A stretch of 64,000 bases of DNA from an uncultured Acidobacteriota bacterium (lineage in GTDB: Bacteria; Acidobacteriota; Thermoanaerobaculia; UBA5066; DATFVB01): NCBI GenBank assembly GCA_963813155.1, contig CAWEYG010000001.1, positions 416,001-480,000 on the forward strand, given 5' to 3'. A program made the position numbers and the translations under genes. Each line of letters starts with the position of its first letter. Within the stretch, counting starts at the first letter, position 1. The notes under the pieces were generated by a model that searched no databases, had not been told where the DNA came from, and worked only from the letters and a program-made list of their open reading frames with translations. Shown piece after piece: positions 43,175 to 53,192 of this stretch.

Positions 43175-45223
43175 TCACCAGATCTGGCAGCGGTCCGCTT
43201 CCGGGCGCACCATCGGGTCCCCCGGCTTGCACGAAAACGCCTTCGCGAATTCCGGAAGGTTCGACGGCGCCGCGATCGCCCGGAATCGGTCGACCGGATG
43301 CGGGTCGGTCGCGACTTTCAGGCGGAGGTATTCCGGCCGGTCGTTCTCGGCCCAGACCCTCGCGTACCCGAGAAAGAATCGCTGATCGGCCGTGAAGCCG
43401 TCGATCGGAGGCGGCTCGGGCTTGCCTTCGAGGCTCTTCCGAAACGCGCGATAGGCGATCGTCAGCCCGCCCAAATCCGCAATGCTCTCGCCAAGGACGA
43501 GCTTGCCGTTCTCATGGAGCCCCTCCTCCACGACGTAGCCGTCGAACTGGTTTTCGACGCACTTCGCGCGCGCCTCGTAGTTTTTCAGATCGGCGTCGGA
43601 CCACCAGTTCGTGAGGTTCCCGTGCGCGTCGAACTTCCGGCCCTGGTCGTCGAAGCCGTGCGTCATTTCATGGCCGATGACGGCCCCGATGGCGCCGTAG
43701 TTCACGGCGTCGTCCGCCTGCGCGTCGAAGAACGGGGGCTGGAGAATCCCGGCCGGAAAGACGATCTCGTTCTTCGTGGAGTTGTAGTAGGCGTTGACCG
43801 TCGGGGGCGTCATCCCGAATTCCTTGCGGTCGACGGGTTTTCCGATCTTGTTGAGCTGCCGGTGGAACTCGAATTCATTCCCCGCGAGGAGGTTCGCGAC
43901 GTAGCTCTCCCGCCCCACGCGATACGCGGAATAGTCGCGCCACTCTTCGGGGTATCCGATTTTCGGCGTGAACGCGCCGAGCTTCGCGACCGCGGCCTTC
44001 CGGGTCTCCTCTCCCATCCAGGGCAGCGTCGCCAGATCGTCGCGGAGCGCGGCAATCAGGTTCTTGACCATTTGGTCCGCGCGATCCTTCGCTTCGGGCG
44101 GAAACGCGCGGGCCACGTAGAGCCGGCCGAGAGCGAAGCCGAGGGACCCGTCCGTGGCGGCGACGCAGCGCTTCCAGCGGGGGAGGTTCTCCTTTTTCCC
44201 CTGCAGGACGCCGCCGTTGAACGCGAAATCCTCCTGAACGAACTTCGAGGAGAGGGCCGGCGCGGCGGCTTCGACGAGATGCCAGCGAAGGTAGGTCTTC
44301 CAGTCCTTCAGCGAAACGGACGCGAGCTCCCGGTTCACGGCCTCGAAGAACTTCGGCTGACCGACGTTGATCGCCTTCACGGGCGGAGCCTCGAAGGAGG
44401 CCAGGTAGGCCTTCCACTCGAAATTCGGGGCGAGCGCTTCGAGCTCGGAAACCGTCATCCGGTGATACGTCGCGTCCGCGTCGCGCCGCTCGACCCGCGT
44501 CATGGAAGCCTCGGCGAGCCTCTTCTCGAGCGCCATCACGGCCGCCGCCTCGGCGCGGGCCGTCTCCGGCGCGTCTCCCAGAAGCGCGAGCATCGCGGCG
44601 ACGTGGGCGACGTACTGTTCGCGGATCGTCTTCGACTTTTCGTCGTCCTTCAGGTAGTAGTCGCGATCCGGCAGGCCGAGACCGGCCTGCGAGGCTCCCG
44701 CGATGACCTCTTCGCTGTTTTTCTTGTCCTGCTGCGAGCCGAAGCCGAACAGCGCGTCCACCCCTTCGGCGTGGAGCCGGGCGATCTCCGCGTCGAGGGT
44801 CGCCCGGTCGCGGATCTTCGCGATTCGTTCGAGCTCCGGCGCGAGCGGTTTCGCGCCTTCCGTTTCGATCTTCCCTTCGTCCATGCAGGCGGCGTAGAAG
44901 TCGCCGAGCTTCTGCCCGTCGGATCCGACCGCGGCCTTCCGGTCCGCCGCGGCCGCGTCGAGGATCGTCCGCAGAACTTCGCGGTTCTTGTCCGCGAGAA
45001 TGATGAACGTTCCCCACCTCGAGAAAGCGGGAGGCACCGGGTTCTTCGCGAGCCATCCTCCGTCGGCGTAGCGGGAAAAATCCCGGCACGCGTCGGCGGC
45101 CGGGTCCATGTCGGCTTTCGAGATTCCGTGCCCGCTCTGGGCCAGCGCGACCCCCGCGAGGATTGTGACGCCCCCGGCGATCACGACCGGACCGATTCGA
45201 CGAAGCAGCAAGCGCGTCCTCAT
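43175..45223 (-). CDS. M13 family metallopeptidase, second copy
   Basis: ATG 45223 with signal peptide; ACRDFSRYADGGW, GLGLPDRDYY, KIGYP, VNAYY, HEMTHGFDDQG, GESIAD, C-terminal C.IW. Confidence 0.95.
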   Translation of the reverse strand: MRTRLLLRRIGPVVIAGGVTILAGVALAQSGHGISKADMDPAADACRDFSRYADGGWLAKNPVPPAFSRWGTFIILADKNREVLRTILDAAAADRKAAVGSDGQKLGDFYAACMDEGKIETEGAKPLAPELERIAKIRDRATLDAEIARLHAEGVDALFGFGSQQDKKNSEEVIAGASQAGLGLPDRDYYLKDDEKSKTIREQYVAHVAAMLALLGDAPETARAEAAAVMALEKRLAEASMTRVERRDADATYHRMTVSELEALAPNFEWKAYLASFEAPPVKAINVGQPKFFEAVNRELASVSLKDWKTYLRWHLVEAAAPALSSKFVQEDFAFNGGVLQGKKENLPRWKRCVAATDGSLGFALGRLYVARAFPPEAKDRADQMVKNLIAALRDDLATLPWMGEETRKAAVAKLGAFTPKIGYPEEWRDYSAYRVGRESYVANLLAGNEFEFHRQLNKIGKPVDRKEFGMTPPTVNAYYNSTKNEIVFPAGILQPPFFDAQADDAVNYGAIGAVIGHEMTHGFDDQGRKFDAHGNLTNWWSDADLKNYEARAKCVENQFDGYVVEEGLHENGKLVLGESIADLGGLTIAYRAFRKSLEGKPEPPPIDGFTADQRFFLGYARVWAENDRPEYLRLKVATDPHPVDRFRAIAAPSNLPEFAKAFSCKPGDPMVRPEADRCQIW

Positions 45224-45261
45224 GAAACCTCCCCGTTTCATCCCGGAGTATAAACGCCGGG

Positions 45262-45615
45262 CTAGTCTTTTCCCGCGAGCGTCGTTTCGATCGCTCCGGG
45301 GTCCGCCGGAGCCGGCCGCGCGGGGATTACGGTCGCGCCTTTCCGCGTCGCGAGGAAAACGGCCGCCGTCCAGGTCGGGACCAGATCGGCGAACGGTACG
45401 AGCTTCGTGAGGAAGGAAGGAAGAAACGCCCAGTGCCAGCCGACGAGGGCGACCATCGCAATGCCGGTCGCGACGTCGAGCGCATCGTCGGCGGGCGAGG
45501 CGGCGCCCGGCAGAAAGACCGGAAAGACCGCGAGCTGAAGGACGTCGACCGCAACCGCGATCGCGCGCGCCAGAGCGATCCGCCTGCGGCCGAGCTCCCG
45601 GACTCTCCCCTCCAC
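45262..45615 (-). CDS. Small membrane protein
   Basis: Hydrophobic segments, GWHWAFLPSF..LVP..DLVPTWT; TGtTAGGCT -10 6 nt upstream of GTG. Confidence 0.7.
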   Translation of the reverse strand: MEGRVRELGRRRIALARAIAVAVDVLQLAVFPVFLPGAASPADDALDVATGIAMVALVGWHWAFLPSFLTKLVPFADLVPTWTAAVFLATRKGATVIPARPAPADPGAIETTLAGKD

Positions 45616-45663
45616 CCCGTAAGCCTAACAGGCGTGCGGAACGGTTTGGAATACACTCGCTCC

Positions 45664-46567
45664 ATGAAACTGATCCCGCTCCTCGGCTTGCTCGGCCTGT
45701 CGGCTCCTCCTCGAAGCACCGGTCTCCGGCGCCCCCGCCGAGCGCCCGACCGAGATTCCGTTCGAGCTCGTCCAGAACCAGATCGTCGTCTCGGCGAAGC
45801 TCAACGAAAAGGGCCCGTTTCTCGTGACGATCGACACGGGCGCCGACAATTCGATGATCGACATCGGAGCCGCGTTGAAAATCGGAATGACCGTCAACCC
45901 GGCGGGCGAGGAGATCGAAGGGGGAGAAACCGAGGAAGGAACGGTCTACGACACGCGCTTCACGGTCGTCGAGATCGGCGAAATCTCGGCCCGGGACATC
46001 GACGCCCTTGCGGGAGGAATGGTCGCGAAGCTCGCGAAACGGCTCGGAAAGCCGGTCGTCGGCACCCTCGGAAACGGTTTCCTCGCGGGCCGGATCGCCC
46101 AGTTCGACTTTCCCCACCGGGTCATTCGGTTCCTTCCCGATCCGCCGCCCGACCAGCCGGTCTCCGCCCGGCGCGCCGTCCTGAAGTTCAAGGACGACGA
46201 AGCGATTCTCATCGACACGGTCTCGATCGGCGGACAGCGGGTCCGCGGCTGCATCGACACCGGATCGAGCGGCTCGGTCCGGATCACCGCGGAGGCCGCG
46301 CGGAAACTCGGGCTGGAGCCGCCGCCCGCGCCGCCCGCGCCCCGGACGGGGCAACGGGAAAGGGCGCGCCCCCTCCCCGGGAGGGAGTGGCGCACGACGT
46401 TCTCGTCGGCACCCTCTCCGTCGACTCCGTCTCCGGCGACCTTTCTTCCGGCCGCGACGGGCCGGGACAAGAAACCCTGGGATGTCGCGTTCGGGAACGC
46501 CTTCCTGAGGGACCTCGTCGTCACGATCGACTACCCGGACTCGAAGCTCGTTCTCGAGAAGCCGTGA
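45664..46567 (+). CDS. Secreted retropepsin-like aspartyl protease, two lobes (frameshifted)
   Basis: Signal MKLIPLLGLLG; IPFELVQNQIVV..GPFLVTIDTGA and second IDTGS; GTLGNGFL and FGNAFL..VTIDYP. Confidence 0.8.
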
Positions 46568-46610
46568 CGATCGCGGGGAACTTTTCCCCCGCCTTTTCGT
46601 TTCTCCCCTC

Positions 46611-48032
46611 ATGAAGAGAAGTATCGCCCTCGCACTGGCGCTCCTGGGATGCGCTTCCGCCCTGTCCGCGGGAGTCATCTTCGGGATCGAGACCTCCGAC
46701 GACCATCACTACTACCGCTCGAGCGGCCTGACGAGCTTCGAGGCCCGCTCCGCCGGAGACATCGAGCTTTCGCCCGACCAGGAGCGCGTGGTCGCGATCT
46801 CCGCGGGCGGCTTTCTGGAGGTCGAAACCCGGCGGCTGCTGACGACCCGGAAGGTCCGGGTCACGCCGGGCCCCGGCGGCGCCCTCGAGATTCGCTACTG
46901 GCGCGCCGACCGCCGCGGCTCCGATTCGGAAGGGCGGGAATTTCTCGAGCGCCACCTTCCGGAAGTCGCCCGCGTCACCACCGTCGGCGCGCAGGCGGAG
47001 GCCCGCCGGCTTCTGGCGGCGGGAGGTCCTCGTCGCGTGCTCGCCGCTCTCGAAGACCGCGACAGCGACGAAGCTCGCGAAATTTACCTGGAAACGATCC
47101 TGGACGGTCCCGCGGTCGACATGCCCACCGGTCTCGAACTGATCCGGGACGCCGCGAGGCACATCTCGGGCAGCTCGCGGCTGTCGCGATTCCTCGTGCG
47201 CCTGGCCCAGAAGCTGCCGCCGGACGCGGAACTGACCGCCCGGCTCGCGCGCTCGTGCGAGGAGATCTCCTCGAGCAGCGCCCGGCGCGAGGCTCTCTCG
47301 GGAATCGCCGACGCGCGCGGGATCCCTCCCGCGGCGGCCGCCGATTTCGGCCGGTCGGTCTCGGGCATCTCGTCGTCCTCCGAAAAGGCTTCCGCGGTCG
47401 AGCATCTCGGCGCGGCCGCGAGCGATCCCCGCGTGCTCTCGGAGCTCGCCGACGCCGCCGACACCATCGACTCGTCGTCGGAGAGGCACCGGGCCCTGTC
47501 GGCCCTCGCCGCGCGGCCGGGAGCCGCCGGGCCGCCGCTCCTGCGCATCCTCAAGGCCGCGGAAGGAATCAACTCCTCGTCGGAAAAGGCGTCGTTTCTG
47601 GCCGGCGCGGCGCCGGTATGCCGCACGCGCGAGACGATCCGCGCGTACATCCGCGCGGCCGACACGATCGATTCCTCGGCCGAAACGAGACGCGCCCTCG
47701 CCGCCCTGATGCGGCCGGACCTGGCGCGGGAAGACTGGATCTCCACGGTCAAGGCCGCCGCCCGCATCTCGTCGTCCAGCGAGAAAGCCGGGTTTCTCGT
47801 TCGGGCCGTCGCCGCTCCCTCGATCGACGCGGCGATGCTCGCCGCCTACCTCGAATGCGCCGGATCGATCGACAGCTCCTCGGAAAAACGAAAGTCGATC
47901 GTCGCGTTGCTGCGCCGGCCGGATCTCGCTCCCGACCAGGTCTCGGCGATCACCATTTTCGCGGAACGGGAGATTTCGAGCAGCTCGGAGCGCGAAGCCG
48001 TTCTCCGCGAGGCCGCGAACCGAAAGTCCTAG
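46611..48032 (+). CDS. Secreted alpha-solenoid repeat protein (I-x-SSS-E-K/R repeats)
   Basis: Signal peptide; about 9-10 repeats of about 35 aa. Confidence 0.8.
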   Translation: MKRSIALALALLGCASALSAGVIFGIETSDDHHYYRSSGLTSFEARSAGDIELSPDQERVVAISAGGFLEVETRRLLTTRKVRVTPGPGGALEIRYWRADRRGSDSEGREFLERHLPEVARVTTVGAQAEARRLLAAGGPRRVLAALEDRDSDEAREIYLETILDGPAVDMPTGLELIRDAARHISGSSRLSRFLVRLAQKLPPDAELTARLARSCEEISSSSARREALSGIADARGIPPAAAADFGRSVSGISSSSEKASAVEHLGAAASDPRVLSELADAADTIDSSSERHRALSALAARPGAAGPPLLRILKAAEGINSSSEKASFLAGAAPVCRTRETIRAYIRAADTIDSSAETRRALAALMRPDLAREDWISTVKAAARISSSSEKAGFLVRAVAAPSIDAAMLAAYLECAGSIDSSSEKRKSIVALLRRPDLAPDQVSAITIFAEREISSSSEREAVLREAANRKS

Positions 48033-48035
48033 GTC

Positions 48036-48860
48036 CTACGGACCGGACTTCCCCTTCGGCGGGCCTCCCTGGGCCTTCCCGCGGCGCCGGGCGGCCTCGC
48101 GCCATTCCCGCTCGTACGGCCGGAGCGCGCGAACGATCGAGTGCGCCACCAGGAGGTTTCGGTACCACTTCACGTCGGACGGAATCACGTGCCACGGCGC
48201 AGTCCGGGTCGAGGTCTTCGAGAGCATGTCTTCGAACGCCTTCCGGTATTCCTTCCACAGGCGCCGCTCCTGCCAGTCGCCGGCGCTGGCCTTCCACCTC
48301 TTGTCGGGATCCGCGAGGCGCGCCTGCAGCCTCCGTTTCTGCTCCCCTTTCGAGAGGTGAAGGAAGAACTTCAGCAGGATCGTGCCGGAACGGGTCAGCA
48401 GGCGCTCGAATTCCCGGATCTCGCCGTACCGCCCCTTCCACGTCTGCTCGCTCGCGAGCCGGTGAACGCGCTCGACGAGGACCGCTTCGTAATGGGACCG
48501 ATTGAAGATCGCGATCTCGCCGCGACCGGGCGTTTCGCGGTGCACCCGCCAGAGAAAGTCGTGGGCGGACTCTTCGGGAGTCGGCTGCCGGTACGCAACG
48601 ACGCGGCAGCCCTGCGGATTGACGCCCGTGAACACGTGGCGAATCGTTCCATCCTTGCCCGCCGTGTCGATTCCCTGCAGCACGATGAGCACGGAGTGCG
48701 ACTCGGCTGCGTACAGCCGTTCGTGGAGCGAGCTCAGCGACTCGATGTCTTTCTTCATGCGCGCTTCGACCGCGGGGCCCGCGCGGAGCCCGCCCACGTC
48801 CGCGGGATCGAAATCTTTGAGCTTCACTTTCCGGCCCGGCGGGATCTCGGTCTTCTTCAC
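48036..48860 (-). CDS. ppk2: Polyphosphate kinase 2 family (class III-like)
   Basis: QGIDTAGKDG Walker A, GVNPQG, HDFLWR, FNRSHYE, KFFLHLSK, APWHVIPSD.KW.RN. Confidence 0.93.
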   Translation of the reverse strand: MKKTEIPPGRKVKLKDFDPADVGGLRAGPAVEARMKKDIESLSSLHERLYAAESHSVLIVLQGIDTAGKDGTIRHVFTGVNPQGCRVVAYRQPTPEESAHDFLWRVHRETPGRGEIAIFNRSHYEAVLVERVHRLASEQTWKGRYGEIREFERLLTRSGTILLKFFLHLSKGEQKRRLQARLADPDKRWKASAGDWQERRLWKEYRKAFEDMLSKTSTRTAPWHVIPSDVKWYRNLLVAHSIVRALRPYEREWREAARRRGKAQGGPPKGKSGP

Positions 48861-48920
48861 TCGCGATCGCCCTCCTCCGCCATTCTAACGAGGCGCACCG
48901 CCATGGTATTGTCGCCCTGC

Positions 48921-49595
48921 ATGCGGGCTCGAGCGCGACTCCTTCTTCGGCCGGCAGCGCTCGCCGCTTTCTGCGCGACCGCCGCGGCCGCTCCCCCTCC
49001 GGCGAAGTCCCCGGGCGGCGCTGCGCCGGCCCCCTCCGTCCGCGCGCTCACGCTCGCCGAAGCGAGTTGCAACACCCTTCCCGCGATTCCGGTCGCGTTC
49101 GACGTTCCCGCCGACTACGTCACGCGCGCGCCGGCGTCGCGCAAGCCGAGCCTCGGCTGTTTCTGGGGTCTTCCCTCGGACCTCGACCGCGCGATGAAGG
49201 ACCCGAAGGGAATCGATTTCTCCGCGATCCAGAGAGGCGTCTTCTGGGCCCGCCCGCCCGTGAACGTCGGATTCGACCGGACGAAGAACCAGTTCTTCGA
49301 CGGCCGCGGCGCCGACGAAGCTGCGATGAAACGGCAGTTCGAGCGCGCCGGCGCGAAGAACGCGTTCATGAAGCGCGGATCGGCGGGCGCCTACGCGACG
49401 CTGGAATTCACGGGGGATGTTCCGGCCGGACCCAACCACAAGGCCGGCCGGCTCTCGATGATCTACATTGCGACCGGAAACGGGACGAACACGTTGCTCG
49501 TCAACTACCATCCGCCCGCTCACCCCACGCCCGCCGACGACGCGGTCTGGCAGCACTTCGTGTCGAGCATCCGGAGCACCGCTCCCAAACACTAA
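48921..49595 (+). CDS. Hypothetical secreted protein
   Basis: Signal MRARARLLLRPAALAAFCATAAAA; coding-like codon pattern; divergent from ppk2. Confidence 0.65.
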   Translation: MRARARLLLRPAALAAFCATAAAAPPPAKSPGGAAPAPSVRALTLAEASCNTLPAIPVAFDVPADYVTRAPASRKPSLGCFWGLPSDLDRAMKDPKGIDFSAIQRGVFWARPPVNVGFDRTKNQFFDGRGADEAAMKRQFERAGAKNAFMKRGSAGAYATLEFTGDVPAGPNHKAGRLSMIYIATGNGTNTLLVNYHPPAHPTPADDAVWQHFVSSIRSTAPKH

Positions 49596-49614
49596 GGCTG
49601 CGTCGGCCCGGCGG

Positions 49615-50667
49615 TCAGCCCCCGATTCGATGGATCTTCATACTCACGAGATCGTCGACGGAGAACGGCTCGGAGCGCCCCGCGTTGAGCCGGCGGACGT
49701 AGTCGGCCGTGACGCCGTGAATCCTCATCGCGACGAGGTCCTCGGGCGAGACGTGGCGATAACCGAGCTGTTGCAGCTGCGCGATGAATTCCGCGGAGAC
49801 GCCGTGGATTCGCATGGCAACGAGATCGTCGCCGCCCACGTGATCGTACCCGAGGCTCTTCAACTTGCCGATGAACTCCGGCGTCGCGCCGTGGATGCGC
49901 ATCGCGACGAGATCGTCGTCGCTGAACGGCCCGTACCCGGCTTCGCGAAGCGATCGCAGGAATTCCGGCGAGACGCCGTGAATCCGGAAGGCGACGAGGT
50001 CCGACGCCGAAACGTTTCCCTGGCCTTCCGCCTTCAGGCCCCGGATGAACTCCGGCGTCGCCCCATGGATGCGCATCGCGACCAGGTCGTCGGCCGGCAG
50101 GCGCTTGTAGCCGAGGCCTTCGAGCTCGCGAACGACTTCGGGCGTGACGCCGTGGATCCGAAAGGCCACGAGATCGTCGAACGAAACCGCGCCGTAGCCG
50201 AGCGACGACATCTCCCGGACGAAAGCGCGGCTGACGTCGTGAATCGCGGCGGCAAAGACATCGTCTTCCGAGAGTCGGCGGCCCATCGCCCCCATCTCGG
50301 AGACGTATGCGGAGTCGGGAGAAAAGGAAAACCGGCCCCCGCCCTCTCCGCGGCGAATCGATCCCTCGAAGGAAAACTCTCCCGCGTCCCGGCGGAGCGT
50401 GAACCGAACGGTCGAGGCTGAATCCGGCGACGCGACCTGCGCGGCCGTGAGGCCCGCAAGCTCGGTGACCGCGATCGGGAACGACGACGACCAGTGATCG
50501 TGAATTCCGGATCGGCGGCGCATCTCGAGCTGCACCGAGCCCTCGCGGGTCGACCGATCGATCGACCAGGTTCCGGAAGCCGTCTCGGCGGGCCGCGCCG
50601 AACCGGAAGTCAGGAGCAACAGGATGGCCGCGGCCAAGAAGCCCAGGCGCCGGACGAAAATTCTCAT
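49615..50667 (-). CDS. Secreted protein with 29-aa DDLVAMRIHG tandem repeats
   Basis: GAGGAGG RBS; signal peptide; RDAG.F.F.G domain; 7 full repeats plus 1 partial. Confidence 0.85.
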   Translation of the reverse strand: MRIFVRRLGFLAAAILLLLTSGSARPAETASGTWSIDRSTREGSVQLEMRRRSGIHDHWSSSFPIAVTELAGLTAAQVASPDSASTVRFTLRRDAGEFSFEGSIRRGEGGGRFSFSPDSAYVSEMGAMGRRLSEDDVFAAAIHDVSRAFVREMSSLGYGAVSFDDLVAFRIHGVTPEVVRELEGLGYKRLPADDLVAMRIHGATPEFIRGLKAEGQGNVSASDLVAFRIHGVSPEFLRSLREAGYGPFSDDDLVAMRIHGATPEFIGKLKSLGYDHVGGDDLVAMRIHGVSAEFIAQLQQLGYRHVSPEDLVAMRIHGVTADYVRRLNAGRSEPFSVDDLVSMKIHRIGG

Positions 50668-50734
50668 CGGAACAGTCCTCCTCACCCGAATACGCCCGGG
50701 CGAGGCGAAGGTTTCGCGGGGGCCCCTCGCCCGG

Positions 50735-51421
50735 TCACCACGGCGCCTTCTTCCGGCTCTGGAAAAAGCCCCCGCTCGGCCCACTTTTCGGGAGCGTTGC
50801 GAGCCAGACGATCGTGTCGGCACCCTCCTCGACGCTCTTCGGCGCCGTCGTCCCTCCCATCCGGGTCCGGACCCACCCCGGGTTGGCGGCGTTGACCTTG
50901 ACGTCGCCCTTCAACTCGGAGGCGAGCTTGACGGTAAAGGCGTTCAACGCAGCTTTCGAGATGCTGTACGCGGCGTCGCACCGGAGCCCCGAAGAGAACG
51001 AGCCGCAGCCGGACGAAACGTTGACGATCCGCCCGAACCCGACTTCGATCATCCCGGGGACGAAGGCCCGGCACGTTCGCACCGCTCCGAAAAAGTTGAT
51101 CTCCATCGTGTCGCGAAACGGCGCCTCCGGACCGAGAAGCGCGTCGGTCGGGTAGATCGCGGCATTGTTGACGAGCACCTCGATCCGTTCCCCGGCCTCC
51201 TGGAGGCGCTGCGCGCAGGCCCGGACCGATTCGTCGCGCGACACGTCGAGCTCTTCGAAGAAGATCTCCAGTCCCTCGGCGCGGAGCCGGTCGGCCGCGC
51301 CGTTCCCCGCGACCGCGTCGCGCGCCGTCAGAACGACCCGCGTCCCCGCCCGCGCGAGCTGCCGGCACACTTCGAGGCCGATTCCCCGGTTGGCTCCCGT
51401 GACGAGCGCGGTTCTCACCAT
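50735..51421 (-). CDS. SDR family oxidoreductase (carbonyl reductase-like)
   Basis: TGANRGIG, LVNNAA, NVSS, YSISK, NPGWVRT.MGG. Confidence 0.93.
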   Translation of the reverse strand: MVRTALVTGANRGIGLEVCRQLARAGTRVVLTARDAVAGNGAADRLRAEGLEIFFEELDVSRDESVRACAQRLQEAGERIEVLVNNAAIYPTDALLGPEAPFRDTMEINFFGAVRTCRAFVPGMIEVGFGRIVNVSSGCGSFSSGLRCDAAYSISKAALNAFTVKLASELKGDVKVNAANPGWVRTRMGGTTAPKSVEEGADTIVWLATLPKSGPSGGFFQSRKKAPW

Positions 51422-51435
51422 CGCCGACTCGTCCG

Positions 51436-52146
51436 CTACTCGACCTTTCGGAGCTTCCATCCCCGCAGCGTCGTCTCCCGCACCTCGACGGTTCGGCGCT
51501 GGCCTGGCGGCGTCTCGATGTCCACTGCCACCTCCTGGGCCTTCGGATCGCACCGAAAGACCAACCGGTGCTTGCCGGCCGCGACCGGCAGGTCACCGCT
51601 CTCCTTCCGAATCTTCGTTCGCGCGACGGCCTCGCCGAACTCTCCTTCCGCCGGCTTCGTCAGCGTCGCCAGGAGCTCGCCGTCGAGAAGGCAGGCGCAG
51701 GAGAGCGCGCCTGCTTCTCCGATGAACTCCGCCCTCACCCGGAGAACGCCGGAAGCGGCGGCCGGCGCGGACGGTTTCGGCTCCGCGACCGCGGAGACCG
51801 CGGCCTCGGCGGCCCTCGGTTCGGGACCCCTGGACCCGAGACTCTTCGATTCCGGACTCCTTGGCTCGGGACTTGCCGACCCGGAAGCCTTCGGTGGCGC
51901 CGCTTTCCGGCACGCGATCGCCGCCTCCAGCACGCCGGCCGGGAGCGCGCGCGAGAGGTCGGCGGCGTTGACCGCGTCGACGTCGAAGTCGACGCAATCG
52001 CGTTCGACGATCGCGCGGATCACGCTGGGATCGACTCCGTCCCTCGCCATGGCCGTCAGCTGCGCCTTCGTGACGGGCGCCGCCTCGGAGCGCAGCCCTC
52101 CGAGAGGGAAAATCAGGCCCGCGAACACGATCGGAATTGCCCGCAT
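51436..52146 (-). CDS. Hypothetical secreted protein
   Basis: GGAGG RBS; signal peptide; helical N-domain, P/S/E-rich linker, C-terminal beta domain with Cys. Confidence 0.65.
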   Translation of the reverse strand: MRAIPIVFAGLIFPLGGLRSEAAPVTKAQLTAMARDGVDPSVIRAIVERDCVDFDVDAVNAADLSRALPAGVLEAAIACRKAAPPKASGSASPEPRSPESKSLGSRGPEPRAAEAAVSAVAEPKPSAPAAASGVLRVRAEFIGEAGALSCACLLDGELLATLTKPAEGEFGEAVARTKIRKESGDLPVAAGKHRLVFRCDPKAQEVAVDIETPPGQRRTVEVRETTLRGWKLRKVE

Positions 52147-52220
52147 GGAACCTCCTTCGACGAAGCGCGGATCGTAGCATTGGACTCGCGTTAAGATCGA
52201 CCGAGCAGGAGGAGCAACCG

Positions 52221-52688
52221 ATGAGTCTGCTCGCAGTCGGCGACAAGGCCCCCGATTTCAAAACGAAGGACCAGGACGGGGAGACCGTTTCCCTGAAGGA
52301 TTTTCGGGGAAGGAAAGTCGTGCTCTATTTCTATCCGAAAGACGACACCCCCGGCTGCACGAAAGAGGCGTGCTCTTTTCGCGACGGCTTCGGCGCCTTT
52401 CGACGGCGCAAGATCGAGGTTCTCGGGGTGTCGGTCGACGACGAGAAATCGCACAAGAAGTTCGCCGAGAAGTACTCGCTGCCTTTCCGCCTGCTCGCCG
52501 ATTCCGACAAGAAGATCGTGAAGGACTACGGCGTCTGGGGAGAGAAGAACATGTACGGGCGCAAGTACATGGGGACACTTCGCGTGACGTACGTCATCGA
52601 CGAGAAGGGCAAGATCGCGGCCGTGTGGCCGAAGGTGAAGCCGGACGGGCACGCGGAAGAGATTCTCGCGGCCATCACGGCTTCGTGA
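52221..52688 (+). CDS. bcp: Thioredoxin-dependent peroxiredoxin BCP
   Basis: AGGAGG RBS; [23 protein letters not shown]. Confidence 0.95.
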   Translation: MSLLAVGDKAPDFKTKDQDGETVSLKDFRGRKVVLYFYPKDDTPGCTKEACSFRDGFGAFRRRKIEVLGVSVDDEKSHKKFAEKYSLPFRLLADSDKKIVKDYGVWGEKNMYGRKYMGTLRVTYVIDEKGKIAAVWPKVKPDGHAEEILAAITAS

Positions 52689-53190
52689 GCGCGTAGAGCC
52701 ACTGGTCAAGCACCTTCCCTTCCTTCACGGCGCTCGAGCGCATCACCGCCTCCCGGACGAACCCGGCCTTCTCAAGCACCCGGGCCGAGGCGAGGTTCGT
52801 CGCGAACGGAACGGCGAAGACCCGCACCATCCCGAGCTCGCGGAACGCGTACGCGACCGTCGCCGAAAGCGCGGCGGTTGCGATTCCCTTTCCCCAGAAC
52901 GGCTCGCCGAGCCAGTAGCCGATCTCCGCGGAGAGCCGCTCCACGTCGATGCCGGGCTTCATCCCGATGCCGCCGATCGCCGCCCCGTCCGCCTCGATCG
53001 CGAAATCGACCTCGGGCTTGCACGCCGTCGCGAACTCGATCCACTCCCGCGCCGCTTCGCGCGTGTACGGGTGCGGAAAGCGGTCCCGCAGGTTTTGCCA
53101 GATCCGGATGTTGTTGCCGTGTCGCACGACGGAATCCACGTCCGACTTCTTCCACGACCGCACCCTGCAGATTCCGCAATCGAGCTCCAC
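52675..53190 (-). CDS. GNAT N-acetyltransferase (RimJ/RimL family)
   Basis: [35 protein letters not shown]. Confidence 0.9.
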   Translation of the reverse strand: MELDCGICRVRSWKKSDVDSVVRHGNNIRIWQNLRDRFPHPYTREAAREWIEFATACKPEVDFAIEADGAAIGGIGMKPGIDVERLSAEIGYWLGEPFWGKGIATAALSATVAYAFRELGMVRVFAVPFATNLASARVLEKAGFVREAVMRSSAVKEGKVLDQWLYALTKP

Positions 53191-53192
53191 GG

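Noticed and set aside
43175-46678. 1167-aa minus-strand ORF
   Set aside because: Only 43175-45223 is the M13 peptidase; the upstream part is antisense or off-frame to real genes.
49615-50270. 87-bp periodic DNA repeats as a possible CRISPR array
   Set aside because: The period is a multiple of 3, variation is codon-like within an ORF, and no cas genes are present.
50696-50735. GC hairpin (CCGGGCGAGG...CCTCGCCCGG) after the SDR gene; similar one near 59745-59780
   Set aside because: No U-tract and no similarity to the repeat family; not called as a terminator or element.
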